This document shows positions 13,976-27,063 of a DNA stretch of 64,000 nucleotides, piece by piece. Position numbers and translations under genes: made by a program. The stretch's first letter is position 1. Each line of letters opens with the position of its first letter. This DNA comes from Takakia lepidozioides (lineage: Eukaryota > Plantae > Bryophyta), in NCBI GenBank assembly GCA_030704615.1, contig CM060734.1, forward strand, positions 45,384,001 to 45,448,000. Reading direction: 5' to 3'. The notes beneath the pieces are model-generated. The model was not told the DNA's origin and did no database searches. It saw nothing but the letters and a program-made list of their open reading frames with translations.

Positions 13976-14233
13976 CTAAACACATAAGTTACTCCCAAAT
14001 TTCTTTACGTGCTCAAGTACGTACACTATTACAAACGTCTTCCTATAGCAGCTATAAAGCTCATCCTTGCAAAGTGGGCAGGTAGCTACACTCTGCAGCC
14101 ACTCATCTATGCACTTCTGGTGAAATATATGATTGCAAATTGGCAGCTTTCGGTACTCCTCCCTGGACTTGAATGATTCCAAATAGACAGGGCAGGTATC
14201 CTCCATCGGATGCGATAGGGAACACACAGACAA
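13976..14233 (-). pseudogene. RING-H2 (ATL-like) zinc-finger fragment, degenerate
   Basis: CPVYLESFKSREEYRKLPICNHIFHQKCIDEWLQSVATCPLCK has RING-H2 spacing with the second ligand changed from Cys to Tyr. No clear full-length gene surrounds it. Confidence 0.65.
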
Positions 14234-15119
14234 AGGAAGACCTGAAACTATTCCTCCAATGTCACGCCACGGTGGTTGTTTCCAAAAGCAAGCTCTGGGG
14301 GGAGTCCTACTTCAACCCTTTCTCTCTCTCTCTCTCTCTCTTCATCTCTTTCCACATCGTGATGGAATAAAAAAAATCCAGAAGGTTTAAGCCACGACAA
14401 ACTGATCTGTCCCAATGAAAGCCTCTTCTTGACTTCTTCCATATGGAGCTTATGACAATGTCATATGTCAAGTTGGCTCATGATAAATTTATCACCATGA
14501 TCTTGTTTCCAAAGTTTAAAAAAAAAAGGCAGTCGCCTCTTGAAAGCGAAGCGCCCAATATCTCACTATCCAAGAACTGAAGCTCAAATGCCCATGTCCT
14601 TTCACATTCATCATTGGTCCAAATGAGCATTATCGATATTTCCTCTAAAACACAAACCAATGTCAATTTTGTATCTTAGACAATAGAAAATATATTTAAT
14701 TGGTTAGCTTAAAATCAACTCATAATCCGCACAACTTGTGCAAAATATGTTTACGGCTTTGTACAGACTATTGCGTATATGAGACTTCTCACACCAATTT
14801 GACAGCTCTCATATTTGTCTCGACTCTCCAAGTCTGCAACACTCTCAAAATTACGAATAGCCTTCAAGAGTTTGCAATTTGGGACAAACAAATTGTCTAT
14901 CGGTTCAGCCGTCCCATACAATTCGGTATATCCCCAATATACTCATGATGGTGGTTTTGTCGAATACGACATATTTGTATCTCCAAATACTAGAGCAGGT
15001 AGCTCCATTGTTGGATATTTGTACTTTGCCTATGCATAATTGGGATTCAAAATGTACTCCGCCTCACAACATAAGGCAATAATACTTCAGGATGAAGTGA
15101 CATTATAACTTATCACACT

Positions 15120-15320
15120 TCTTTCGGGATCAGGAGTCATTTTTCTTTCTTATACCCAAAACATTATTGAAACTCATGCATATCCACAAAGTCTGAAACT
15201 TCTTTGAGAGATTGGTTTTTGTTTGTTTCAACAAAATCAAGTCAATGGAGACAAAAAATATCATACCTACAACGATGATATTTAAAAAATCAACATATAA
15301 TGTTACGATCATTCAACATC
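15120..15320 (-). mobile_element. decayed Ty1/Copia reverse-transcriptase remnant
   Basis: IVTLYVD...KTNLSKKF...VLGI resembles the Copia LYVDD...K..LS..F.MKDLG...LG block. Confidence 0.55.
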
Positions 15321-16699
15321 CAACAAATAGCCGAGTGGTTAGGGCACAATGTTTCTTTATAAATGGTCCTAGATTGAAAGCTACATAGATGTATGTTGGT
15401 GTCACCCATCACAACAAACTCAGCTATGAAACGGATGATAGTTTTCAGGTCAACTATTTACGGTGCCAATACCTCCCCAATACCTAGAGATTTTCGAGCC
15501 CTTTATAGCAGGTAATTTAGTTTGGGTACTCTCTTTGTCGCGGCCCTTTGCCTTGAGGGCAGGGGGTCGGGACACAAGAGGGGCTGCCCCTGTGGTGGGG
15601 GCAGTAGCAGCGATAGGTATGGGGGCTGAAGCACCCTTGAGTGCCCAAGGCACTCAAGGAGGCGGAGGCGCTCACTAGGTGGAGCCCCGCACACCGGGTT
15701 GCGGTGGGGTGGCTCCACAAGGGGTGGTGGTAGCTTAGCGGGACTTAGTGGGGGTGGCATAGGACTCACCATGGGGTGGAGACCTCGAGGTGGGAGTCGT
15801 GGGGAGTCTTGGGACTCATCACGGTCCATTGGGGCCGCGGTGAGTGGGCCAAGACTCACCGCGACTCACCACCGGGAATCGAGGGTCTTCGTGGTGGTTC
15901 GTCATAAAATGGCATGGCTGGTTGTGAAACCCCCGCGGACAGCTACAGAAGTATATATAGGGAGTAGTAACCCCGAGAACGGTGCAAGCCCGTTGGTGAC
16001 CAAAAACTAGTGAGTAAGCGAGCGAGCCGGAAAGCGACTAAAGAGTGGGGAGCTGTTCCGGACTGCCAACTACCAAAAGGAATTCCCGCTGGTTCCAAAT
16101 AGGTGGAGGGTTCTTTGGGAGAACAAAGGGGGACCGTTATGCCCCGGTGAGCAGCCGAAGCTCCAAGTTGGCCCGGCGGCCAGGTTGGGAGTCAGGCGCG
16201 CGCATCAAAGCGAGTAACTATGACTTGAGGGGGGAGCTTACCGAAGTGAGGTGCGCGACACTCTTTGTGAAGAATTGTTATTCATCAATGCATCCGAAAC
16301 TAGGCTTTATCTATTATAAGTATGGTCGTGTTTTATTAATGTAAATGTTGTTTATGTTCAAGCTTTCGTTTATTGGTGAAGTTTAATGATGGCGAGGATC
16401 CAATGGCAGTAACATGCATTTCTTTGAAGCATTTCGAGATGTTTTTGATAAATACGTTATGATTAGAGTGCAAAGAGTTTTGACTATGTAATACACATCC
16501 GTTGTTACTACGATAAGCATAGTTGCACAAAAATGGCGTGACATGGCGTAAATACATCAGCGTCACGTCAAAAACGGACTTTACGATAAATAAATATTTC
16601 TATTTCTTAATTTTACACCACTAAATTGCATGAGATGAATATGTTAGCAGCCATGTGGAATGCATACTGGAAATCAATATTTCATATTTATTTAATTTT

Positions 16700-16849
16700 A
16701 ATAAAATCAGGAACGTCTGTTTTTTTTAAAGATATTTTTCCATAAAATCAGGACCCCCAAAATAGATGGTCCCAATTTAAATATACATATTTTCAATCTA
16801 ATTGGGACCGCCAAGCCTGCACTTCTATTTGGCTAGCGGTCCGCCAATT

Positions 16850-16897
<48 letters not shown>

Positions 16898-17300
16898 CCG
16901 GTCCTGAACCATTTAAAAAATATTAAAAAAAACGGGACCACCATGCCAGCGCTTGTGGTTGGCTGGCGGATATGCTCGCGATCCCAATTTTTCTTTAAGA
17001 ACTAAAAATTAATCCACTGTGGCGGTCCGAATTATTTCTTAAAATTAATAAAAATGGAGACTGTCATGTGGTTGGCTGTCGGCCCCGATTTGTTTTTGAA
17101 ATAAATATTAATCCGGACCACAATGGCCACTGTGGCGGTCTGCATTAATACTTATATTCTAAAAAATCAGGACCGCTAGACTAGCGTTAGTGGTTGGCTG
17201 CCCTAACGTCCCGATTTTTTTAAAGATAAAAATTAATTCTGACCAAAATTATTTAAAAATTTAAAAAAAATCAGGACCGCTCCGCCAGCTGGTGGTCCTG
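16700..17300. repeat. array of alternating inverted ~12-bp motifs (AATCAGGACCGC / GCGGTCCYGATT) around a (TA)n microsatellite
   Basis: About 16 degenerate copies in alternating orientation, separated by A/T tracts; (TA)n at ~16853-16895. Resembles DNA-transposon subterminal repeats. Confidence 0.7.
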
Positions 17301-17588
17301 GTGGACCTGTCCAAGTATGAATACCATATAGCAAAACATGATTTGAAATTAGTGGAACAAAAGTTATAATATATATATTCTAGTATTCAATGTTGTTCAA
17401 TAATTGACATGGACTCGATAGTAAAGAACATTGATCTGGGATGGCAAAGGTTTTGGGATCGAACCTTTGCTATTCGTTTTTGCCGAAATTAGTGTCTTTA
17501 ATTTAAAAATAAAAATCAATTAAAATAAAAATAAAAATATGGAAACGGAGGAGGATGATAAGATCACACAACTCATTAAAAATTAATT

Positions 17589-18134
17589 GGGTCTTTAAGG
17601 CGCTGGTGGGCCCCAGCTAGTATGGGTGGCTGGGTGTTTTGGGGTGGCCCCGTCTCGACTCCTTACCGGCCCGGGTCCACTACGAAGGTGGGTCCACCCT
17701 CCTAGGCCACGGTGGGGCTGACTCTAGGCTGCTATCTAGGATAAGGGATAAAAAAAAATTGATGATGTAGCAGCAAGCAGCAGGTAGTGTGGTGGTTGGG
17801 CGCATTGAATGGTATCAGCGAGGTTGCGGGTTGAACTCCAGTTGGTGCTGCATATGCATTGATGATGGTTTTTTTTTTTTTTATGGGCGAGTATTTTCAA
17901 AAAATAATTATAAGTCCCCGAGGGCGAGCCGGGCCGCGGCGCGGCGAGTGGATCCGAACCCACGAGTTGACCCTATAGTTGGTCCCGACGAGGCGGGTTG
18001 CGGCGCGGCTCCTATAGTTAGACCCGAGTAGACCCGGACCTGCGAGTGGACCATACCGGACCCGCCGGGTGATCACGGGCACCCCGTGGCCTTGCACCCA
18101 GTACTAGTAGGGCCCACTAGCGCATTAAAGACCC
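17589..18134. mobile_element. MITE-like non-autonomous DNA transposon
   Basis: 25-bp TIRs GGGTCTTTAAGGCGCTGGTGGGCCC / GGGCCCACTAGCGCATTAAAGACCC with 2 mismatches, flanked by AATT on both sides. GC-rich non-coding interior. Confidence 0.75.
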
Positions 18135-20609
18135 AATTAATCTAAAATAAGATGCTAAGATCACCACAGACGGAGATGAAATATAAACGGGTGGTAGAAA
18201 TGACCAGAAAACAAACAAATACGTCTGTTTTTCGTTCAGTTTTGGATAAAGGACACGTATCGCAAAGTTTACCATTAAAAAAATAAAAAATAAAAGTCCA
18301 AGTTACAAAAAAATTTCACATCATGCTATTTGACTTGTTGGTTAGATCACTTATCCGAAAGACAGTACATATGAGATCTAGGGTTCAATTTTTTTCTATT
18401 GAAGACCTATTCTTTTAGGTCTTTTATTGTAGGGTTGTCATTTGTAACTCTTTAAATTTCTTCTCTTCTTCGTTTATGGCTTATATGGTGCGCGATGAAC
18501 TTACGTTATGCTCGAACAGCTTCCAGCTCTGCTACTTTGGTCTGCTCTAGCAACGACAATGTGTCTCCTTTCTTTGCCACATTCGTAACTATTCTCTACC
18601 AAAGAATGTCACAAGAAGAGCACGACTCCACACTATAAAGATATCTTTCTGTTTCTCTCAAATTCACTTGTTTTCTTCTTGTTCTGCCTCTTCCTTCCTT
18701 CTCTAGTAGGGTGAAAGTAAACTACCGTGGTTCAGGAAAGTCCACTGTGTGGCCTACACAAGAAGTTCCAAGGTTTTTCAGAATTTTGATTTGATGATTA
18801 TGAAAAAAATAGTTGCTAGATTCATCCATGTTGAAAAGTATGAACCATCTAAAGTTGACAGTAACAGACATTATGGCATTATTTTTATTTTTTCAAGTAC
18901 AAGATATTATTTATATTTTTTATTTTATTTTTTATATTTATATTTTCGTTATATCGCATAGTGGGACTCAGGCTACTCTTCGTCTACATGAAATGTACAT
19001 TTTAGTGAAGCAAGTCCATTGGTTTACTTTGTATTCATGCACTTCGACAAAATCAATTTTTTGAGGCTCACAATAATATATAGAAGTAAAAAATTTCACT
19101 AATTTGATGTTTTCTATATAACTATATTTTAAAGAGTAGAACAATACTAATATGAGTCCCTTTTATCATATTTGTTTTCTATAGTGAATGCAAAAAGTCC
19201 ATAACAAGTTTTTTTTATGGACTGTGACACCGTCGTATGCACTTTTCTAAAGTCCATTACTTCGACAAATCAACTTCATTTCTTGGTGAGAATTTAAAGA
19301 TTAGAGCTTGTAGTAATTGGAAACATAAGAGTAAGTCTCATTTGTAATAAAAATTTGTCGCTAAGGTAATTTTTGAATCAAACTATGTCATGTAAAACAC
19401 ATGTAGTGACACGATAGGTGATTTGGTCAAGGCTAGGAGCACAACCTTGTATTCTCATTTCTTGATGACTCAGTATGATGGCAGAGATGGATTGAGCATT
19501 TTAGAGTAACCACAGAGTTTGTGCGTCAATAGACTAAGAAATTGAAACATTTGATAGAGAAAAAGACATAAAATACAAGTGTGTTATTTGGCATGTAGGC
19601 ATAAGTGTAACATGTTCCCTCCACAAATATAATTAGTTCATGCAGTTGAGTACTTGTAATGCAGTGAAATGTTCGCAATTGGGAAGTCCACAGTACATCT
19701 GGTTCTACAGAAATTTGTGTATGCTGTTAATGTAGTATTCAGAAATCAAATTCGATGGCCAGAATGAGAGGACTTATCACAAGTAATGGCAGGATTCAAA
19801 GATTCTATTGCTTACCTTTTGTGCAAAAGCCTAGTTCCGATCATGATGGTCAGATCTTGATGACGATATCTCTTCCTGAGCCTCGACTGAATTCAATTGT
19901 ATACTTCCATGACTCGCGGCAAGATTTTCACAATAACCCAATAGGCCGCACTTTCCATCCCAGTAAATTCTAGAAACTCACTCACTCACTGTCCAAAATT
20001 GTGGACGTTTGCCATCGACAGGGTTGTGTGGATATACAACAATCCGTCCACCCACAAATCAATATTACTTGCCCCTGCTTCTCGTCTCTGAGAGAATTTT
20101 GATTTCAGAGTTTGCTCATGATTCAGCATGCGAATCATGATTACCAATAATGCATATTTCCCCAGCTGTGGTTGCCGATAATTTGTAACTTCCCCTCTCA
20201 TTAGCTATTTCTAAACACACTTTGACAGGTTCGTCGCTACGCAGCTATATGGCTCATAAAACATAAGTAGAATGGCAGTTGAATACCACACACAGTTGGC
20301 ATTGGCGCAACTGGCGCGTGAATTGGAGATGGGGGCGAGAATGACGATCCACGTAGGAGCACTGCATTGACGGGGAGCACTGAATTAGAGACAGGGGGCG
20401 GGACGGGGGAGGGACGAGCGATCCACGTCGCAGCACTGATTAGGACGGTGATGATTGCTAATGATTGCTCAAATTGAGCAAATGCTTGAATTTAAGCTAA
20501 CAGCCATTGGGTCAAACCGATCTCGACCGTTAAGATTTTTTTTCAAGCTGACCCAATGGTTATTTTCTCCTAAATGAAGGTGGCCCTATGGAGGCCCCAT
20601 TCTTCCCCT

Positions 20610-22130
20610 AATGTATCTGCTTTATACCAGAAGTCCGTGCATGGAGACTTATTCAATCTCAAACGTGCTGCTTAAGATGACATCAGACCCTATATGATAG
20701 GAGACAAAGGTTATCCGTTACTACCCTGCTTAATGGTTCCTCACAAATAGGTTGGCAATGTGCATCACACTATTCTAGAGGTTTTTTATAAGTACAAGCA
20801 CCTTTGCCGAGGGAGGAGTATTGTGATAAACTCCTTTGGGATACTAAAGACTTTTACAGAATTGCTAACAAAGACTAATGTACATATCATTTTCCTTCCA
20901 CACATAGTAATATGTTGCTGCATGCTCTACAACATGATCCTGGATGGAAAAGATGTGGACATTGATGCACTTATAGCACAATTAGAGCTATAAAATCATG
21001 TAGATTGTGCCCTTCACATTGGTAGAAGTAGGGAGAATGAACAGTAGATTCAAGCAGAACAAACAAATGACAATGATGGTGAACTTGCCCTACAAGGTGC
21101 TGCGATTTTGGGGATTGCGCATACTTCTGGAGCAATTTCTTGGAAACAGACCCATAGGTGTTGAATTGATCAAATGTCTTGGAAACATAGTTGAAGGTTT
21201 CTATGAGTTGTTTGATTTTTAAGATAAAAGTGTGATATTACAACTTGAGACGCTAGGCTAGGACTAAAATGTTTGATGGCAATGAAATGAACAAGGCTTG
21301 AATCAATTGAAAAAATTTGCTATCAATTACAAATTCATGGAATTGATGCTAAAAATCTTCGTCAATAATCATGTGGAGACCTATTCGTGATCAGAAGCAA
21401 TTAACGGTGGAGGCATAAATATCTTGTCCTTGACGAATGCATGACACATAACAGTGTTCAAATTTGAGAGAACATTCATCATGTTCTTGCTCGTTTTGTG
21501 CATTGTCTTTTCTCTGTCTTTGAGGTATTAGAGTTGTTTCTTGAATGTGCGCTCATGAATATTGGTGTGTCATTCTTCAAGTTGAAGTTGGGTGGTGTCA
21601 TAGCATCCCTGAGGACTTCCATGTTCTTGTCAATGGTCTCAATGACATCGAAAATATACTGGCACGTTTATGTTTGACCCTTGTGCTACCTGGTGTCTAG
21701 AGTCTGACCCCTATTAAAGACCCCTCTTGATATGTAGAGAACCATAACAAGTCAACTCGTGGACACTTTCTTTTTACACCAATCCCGTCTAGGACCATAT
21801 TCTTGATATGTAATCTACAATTTTCTTAGGAAGTATGTAGACAGGAATGTGCTTCAGTACCACCAAAGATGGAATAGCAATTCCTAAGCTCCTCCTTGCA
21901 ATCCTTGCAAATCTTATGGGATACAAACTCCTCCTTGAGCTCTCCAACACCTTGGTGCAACACCACACGCACTCCCATTGCAATACTTTGCAAGTCTTGT
22001 GATACAAGAGTTTTTTCTAGCTCTCTCACTCCTTGAATACACAGCACTTTGGTTACCCTATTTGCAAACCTTGTATTCACAAGAGCTCTCTTCTTCGAGT
22101 TTTCCACCTCCTTAGAGCAAAGCAATGTCT
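20610..22130. mobile_element. decayed PIF/Harbinger transposon (DDE nuclease on +, probable Myb/SANT-like ORF on -)
   Basis: Plus strand 20690-20990 reads YMIGDKGYPLLPCLMVPH...RGRSIVINSFGILK...CCCMLYNM (DDE_Tnp_4 signature). A convergent decayed ORF lies on the minus strand at ~21350-22125. Confidence 0.75.
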
Positions 22131-23036
22131 TTCAAAGCCCTAAGAACCACAAGGATTTTCTTTTGCAGTACTTACAACTTGTAACACAAGAAATTTTCCC
22201 AAGCTATTTTCTCAAGCTTTCAAGCTTTTTCAACACCCAAGTGCACAACTAACCCTTACACCCCGCACTCACAAGCATAATGATGTTTTTTTCTAGTGAT
22301 AAATGAAGTAGAGAATGATAGAAGCGGATTGCAATGTAATACATTAAAGCATGAAACCACCAGTACATGCTAAGGAGTTGCAATCCTAAACTCTTCTAAG
22401 TGCAAACCGACTCTATCACTCAATATAAATCAAGCAAATGACAAAGAAATCCACCATATAACAGATGTCACATATACAACCACTTAAGAACTAAAGCTAT
22501 GGCGGTGAGAGAGGCATCGGGACGCTCGATTAGAAAAAGATAAACCTGAGGCTAATATGGAGATAAGCCTCTCCACGTTCCAAAGTGAGATTTATCACCT
22601 CATTTGACACATGGAACCAAATTGAAGTCCCAATGCCAACAAAATACAAATAATATAAATGTATAATATCATAATTTGTTAGAAATAACTACTTTTAACT
22701 AACCTGCATGACTAAAACCATGACAACGCCAAAACCTCTAAAAGTCTTTTTGGACAGCTCTGATTCCAGGCCACAAGAGCTTTTTTACTTGGAACACAAA
22801 GAGAACCACCCCAAAGGAAATTGTAGAAGAGAACCCTTACATTTTGGAATAGCTTTGAAGGTGGCCAAACAATAGAGAAAAACCAGATGGAAGATGTCAA
22901 AACCTGGTTTAGAACTAAAACTCTACCTACGATGGAGAACATAGCCAAACTCCAATAAGTCAGTTTTGCTTTGAGCCTAGATAAAATGGCCGCAAATCTT
23001 TATTGTTCAAAGATATCTAGACCAAAACTGATACCC

Positions 23037-23504
23037 TGTGAAGCCTCAAAACGAGCCTGAAGCATATACTCCCTTCCTCTCAAGAAACAAGTTTTCACAA
23101 CAAATGGGCAAGCGGAAAGAGCAGGTGATGCGTGAGAGGAAGATCAAGCTTGAGGATCTGACACACAGGAGCTCTCATCCAAAGCTTGTACACCAAAATC
23201 ACATATACACTAACACCCGAGTACACCACCCTGACCTTGTCTCAGGACGCCGTCTTTATACAATAGTCATAGCTTTAGTTGCCCGCCGCGTGGCGAGGCG
23301 TCACAAGCCAAAACCCACGGCGCCACTTTGTAACCCTAGATCTGATGAAGGGCCAGGATTGAGCCACCAGCCAAAACTAACCCTAACCTAGATATCATTG
23401 TAACGGTTTAACGGCATTATACGTCAAAAATTTATACTATGGATGTGTATCGCCATTTGAATGAAACGGGTCATTTCTAGGCTAAGCAAATATGGGCCAT
23501 CACA
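23037..23504 (-). repeat. 3' LTR of the Gypsy element (468 bp including the 10-bp terminal extension)
   Basis: Matches 31405-31862 over 23047-23504, plus an extra TGTGAAGCCT at 23037-23046. Confidence 0.95.
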
Positions 23505-23824
23505 TTTGTGAAGCCTACCCCCCACGAAAAATCCCGAGCTCCGCGAAGGAAAACAAATAATAAGGAAATATCACCATCCACTGCTGGGTAAAATACCTAC
23601 CAAGGGAAAACCTGGCACCTGCAAGTTGGGCCGAGGACAAAACCCTTGGCTAGGAAAACCGTGTAGGGAGTACAGATGGTAATATACCATGAAACTTTAA
23701 AATGTTTCGAAGTCCTAGAGAGATCAAGTCCTAGGACCCCAAGAATCACCATCCGTAAACTAATACTAAGCCGCTGAAGATAAGATGATCAAGCTGAAGT
23801 AGATCGGCAAAGAAGATCAAGACA

Positions 23825-25186
23825 TTACCCCACCGTGCGCCCCTCCACATTAATACATGTAAGATAAAAAACTAGCTCAGAATGCACCAAGTCCCTCAAG
23901 GAAACAAGTTCGTCCCGCACTTCAGTATTAGAGCCTTGTGGAAGAAGGAGAGCACGTCGCCCATGTGAAAGTTGATAGATCACGTAGGGACCGTCGATCT
24001 TCAGTTTAGATTTGCATGCATGCTTGCCATGCTGTAATCGAACGCACACGGTCTGTTCCACCTGAAACAGGTTAGAGTACTTGACACGCTTGTGAAAATT
24101 ACGGGCCTGGGTTAGCTGAGCCTTACCAAAGTTCGTTTTGGCATCATGGATAGACATCGCATGCCGAGCATGAAGATCCTCAACAAAGGTATCAAGATCA
24201 ACCGGATCAGCAACAGTAGAGATAAGAGGGGTAGAATGCAAATGAGAGACACACTTGCAACCATATAACAACTCAAAAGGAGTCTTCTCGGTGCTAGCAT
24301 GCACGGCGGTGCGATAAGCAAAGAGAATAGGAAGAAGAAAGATATCCCACTCCCTGGTAAGTGCGCCATTCTTCTCCAACATTCGGCAAAGAATTTGGTT
24401 GAAGCGTTCCATAAGGCCATTGGTCTGGGGATGGTATGGGGCTGTGGTGGAATGCTTAACACCAAAATTGAAGCAAATCACTGTGAGGAGCTGGTTACAA
24501 AACTCCTTGCCCTGATCCGTTAGTATCTCCCGAGGACACCCATGTCGCATAAGGATCTCATTGAAGAAGAACTGAGCTACAGCATCACTAACCGTGGAAT
24601 GCAAAGGCCGGACTTCTATCCACTTAGTCAAGTAGTCGGTAGCAACACAAAGGTAGCTTCGACCATTTGATGTGAGTGCGAGGGGTCCTACTAAGTCAAT
24701 GTCAACACGAGCAAAAGCATGGGTGACAGGCAAAGGCTGTAGCTCATACAAGATCCGGGCCCTAGGGAGAGCAATGTTAGCACAACAATCTTCACACTTA
24801 GAGATGAACTCCGTGACGTTCCGGTGAATGCCCAGCCAATAGTAAACCTCTTGGATGCGAGCCACGGTTTTCTTGATACCAAGGTGACCTGCATACAAGG
24901 AACAATGGAAATGCTCCAATAAAGCATTCAGCTGGCTCCGTGGTGGCACCTCCAAGTAGCATGACACTCCCCCTCTAGTGAGTTCCTTGAAAAGCTTATC
25001 ACCCATGAATTGGTGAGTACACACATGATACAGAATTTGTTTACGCAAGGACTCGGAAAGGCCAGCTGACGAACGCCCTGATTGACATCGTTGGAGTAGC
25101 GCAGCATGTAGCTGATCATTCATGACTGCACTGCACATAAGAGGTAGACAATGGGTTTTAGAGAAGGTGGTATGGAGTGCCTGCAC
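23825..25186 (-). pseudogene. Gypsy integrase
   Basis: HHCC zinc finger (HCSLYAGHLG...CEDC), DDE core (IDLVGPL, LTDQGKEF, NGLMERFN) and GPY motif. No chromodomain. Confidence 0.9.
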
Positions 25187-25414
25187 CTATGATCTCCAAC
25201 CAGGGATACCTTCACCTCATTTGTTACTACTCATGGACAGCCAAATCGGCCTTGAGGTTCAAGCCAATAGTCACACCGAAGTGCAGCAGCTGAATTACAA
25301 CATATTCGGGGGTCTAGGAAAGAGAAGAACTGAAATACAACAAAGAACTTCCACCAAACCATCCGAATTTTCTCTAAGCGATAAATCCACCACACATACT
25401 CACACACGAATAAA

Positions 25415-26886
25415 TCAACCAGGATCATCAAGAAGGCTAGACCAGCCCCAAGCAGCCAATATGCCATTGGAATCCAAGGCCAAGGGGTGCTGATCTGCAC
25501 AAAGAAGGTTGAGAAGAGGGGCAAGATCAGGAGGAGGGGCTGCATCAGCAACAACAAGGTCATCCAAGATGAGCATAGGCCTGCTGACAGGAGGATCAAC
25601 CCGTGTGAGCGCATCAGCATTCGTGTTTTCCTTGCCCTTCTTGTAGACTATATCCATGTCAAATTCCTGCAGGTACATAGCCCATCTAGCAAGTCTGCCA
25701 TGAAGTTCCCTTGGTTTAACAAGAGCCTTAAGTGGAAGATGATCGGTCTCTACCACAAACCGGCTGCCATGTAAATATTGCCTGAAGTGCTTCACACCAA
25801 AGACCAGGGCTAGACCCTCCTTATCAGATACATGGAATAATTCCTTTCATGACGATCTAGACGACGAGATGCATAAGCTATTACATGCTCCTTACCTTCT
25901 ACAACTTGACATAAGATTGCAGAGATGGCAACATCTGATGCATCAGTATGAAGCAAGAAAGGTAATTCAAAGTTGGGAAACATCAGGATGGGAGCTGAAC
26001 ACAAAGCTTTGCGAAGGGTGTCAAAGGCAGCTTGCTAGGAGAAGGTCCAATCAAACTTGGCATCTTTGCACAACACCTTGGTCAGAGGGTGAGCAAGCAC
26101 GACAAAGTTCTTTATGAAGCGCCTATAATAAGAAGCCAGACCAAGGAAAGATTTAATACAATGTTTATCCATGGGGATAGGAAAGCCCCAAACAGACTCA
26201 AGCTTGGCAGGATCAGGAAGCAAACCATCTTTGGACAGGATATGACCAAGAAAGTGCAGCTCAGGCATGAACAACTCACACTTCTTGGGCTTTACCTTGA
26301 GTCTTGTAGTGCACAAATTGCTGAAAACACGCTGCAGATCAGTCAAGTGAGCATCAAAATTGGCTAAGTATACATTGATATCATCAACATAAATTAAAGC
26401 ACACTCCCAGCGAAGATTGCCCAAGACAATGTCCATGAGGCGTTGGAATGTAGAGGTGGCATTGCACAAACCAAAGGGCATGGTCTCATATTGGTATTTG
26501 CCCATGCGACACACAAAAGGTGTCTTTTCCTTGGCTGCTTCAGTGAGACGAACTTGCCAGATCCTGGGTAGTGGGTAGGCATCCTTCTTGGTGATGTCAT
26601 TCAGTTTTCTGAAGTCAACACAGAAGCGGGTGGTGCCATCTTTCTTACCAACCAGGACAATATGACTGGCCCAGGGAGAAACTGAAGGTTTAATCACACC
26701 AACATTTAGCATTTTCTGGACTTCTTCTTGGACTGTAGCACGCTCCTTGACACTCTCTCGGTATGCAAATTGTTTAATAGGAGGTCCTTCAATGACAATG
26801 TCATGTTGAATGATGGGAGTGCGCCCTAAATCAGTGGATCCCAAGCTGAAGACATCTAGATTTTTTGCAATAAGCATAATTTCCAC
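25415..26886 (-). pseudogene. Gypsy reverse transcriptase and RNase H (frameshifted, internal deletion)
   Basis: SPWASHIVLV.KKDG..RFCVDFRKLN, MPFGLCNA and YVDD; RNase H motifs TDASD, IAYASRRL, TDHLPL and NADALTR. Confidence 0.9.
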
Positions 26887-27063
26887 TTTCCTCCTCTAAC
26901 CTGAGGAGAGAGTGGTACCCAACTTAATTTCAGATAATACTTTGGTGAGGGTTGTCTTACTTTCAGGGCTGAGATCAGGGACAGGTGGTGGTGCAATTGC
27001 AGCAAAAGCAGCAACAGCTTCCAAGGGGCCGTGTTGGATGCCAATGGCCTCAAGTCTAAAGCC

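Noticed and set aside
15450-16260. GC-rich stretch with overlapping Pro/Gly-rich ORFs
   Set aside because: The ORFs follow from the high GC content. It is probably a transposon 5' fragment, but I found no diagnostic motif or boundary.
16700-17300. Repeat-spacer pattern as a CRISPR array
   Set aside because: The context is eukaryotic, and the motifs are short, degenerate and alternate in orientation. There are no cas genes.
23038-23391. 117-aa ORF, with a near-copy at 31486-31749
   Set aside because: Both lie inside the LTRs. The duplication is explained by the LTRs and there is no recognisable domain.
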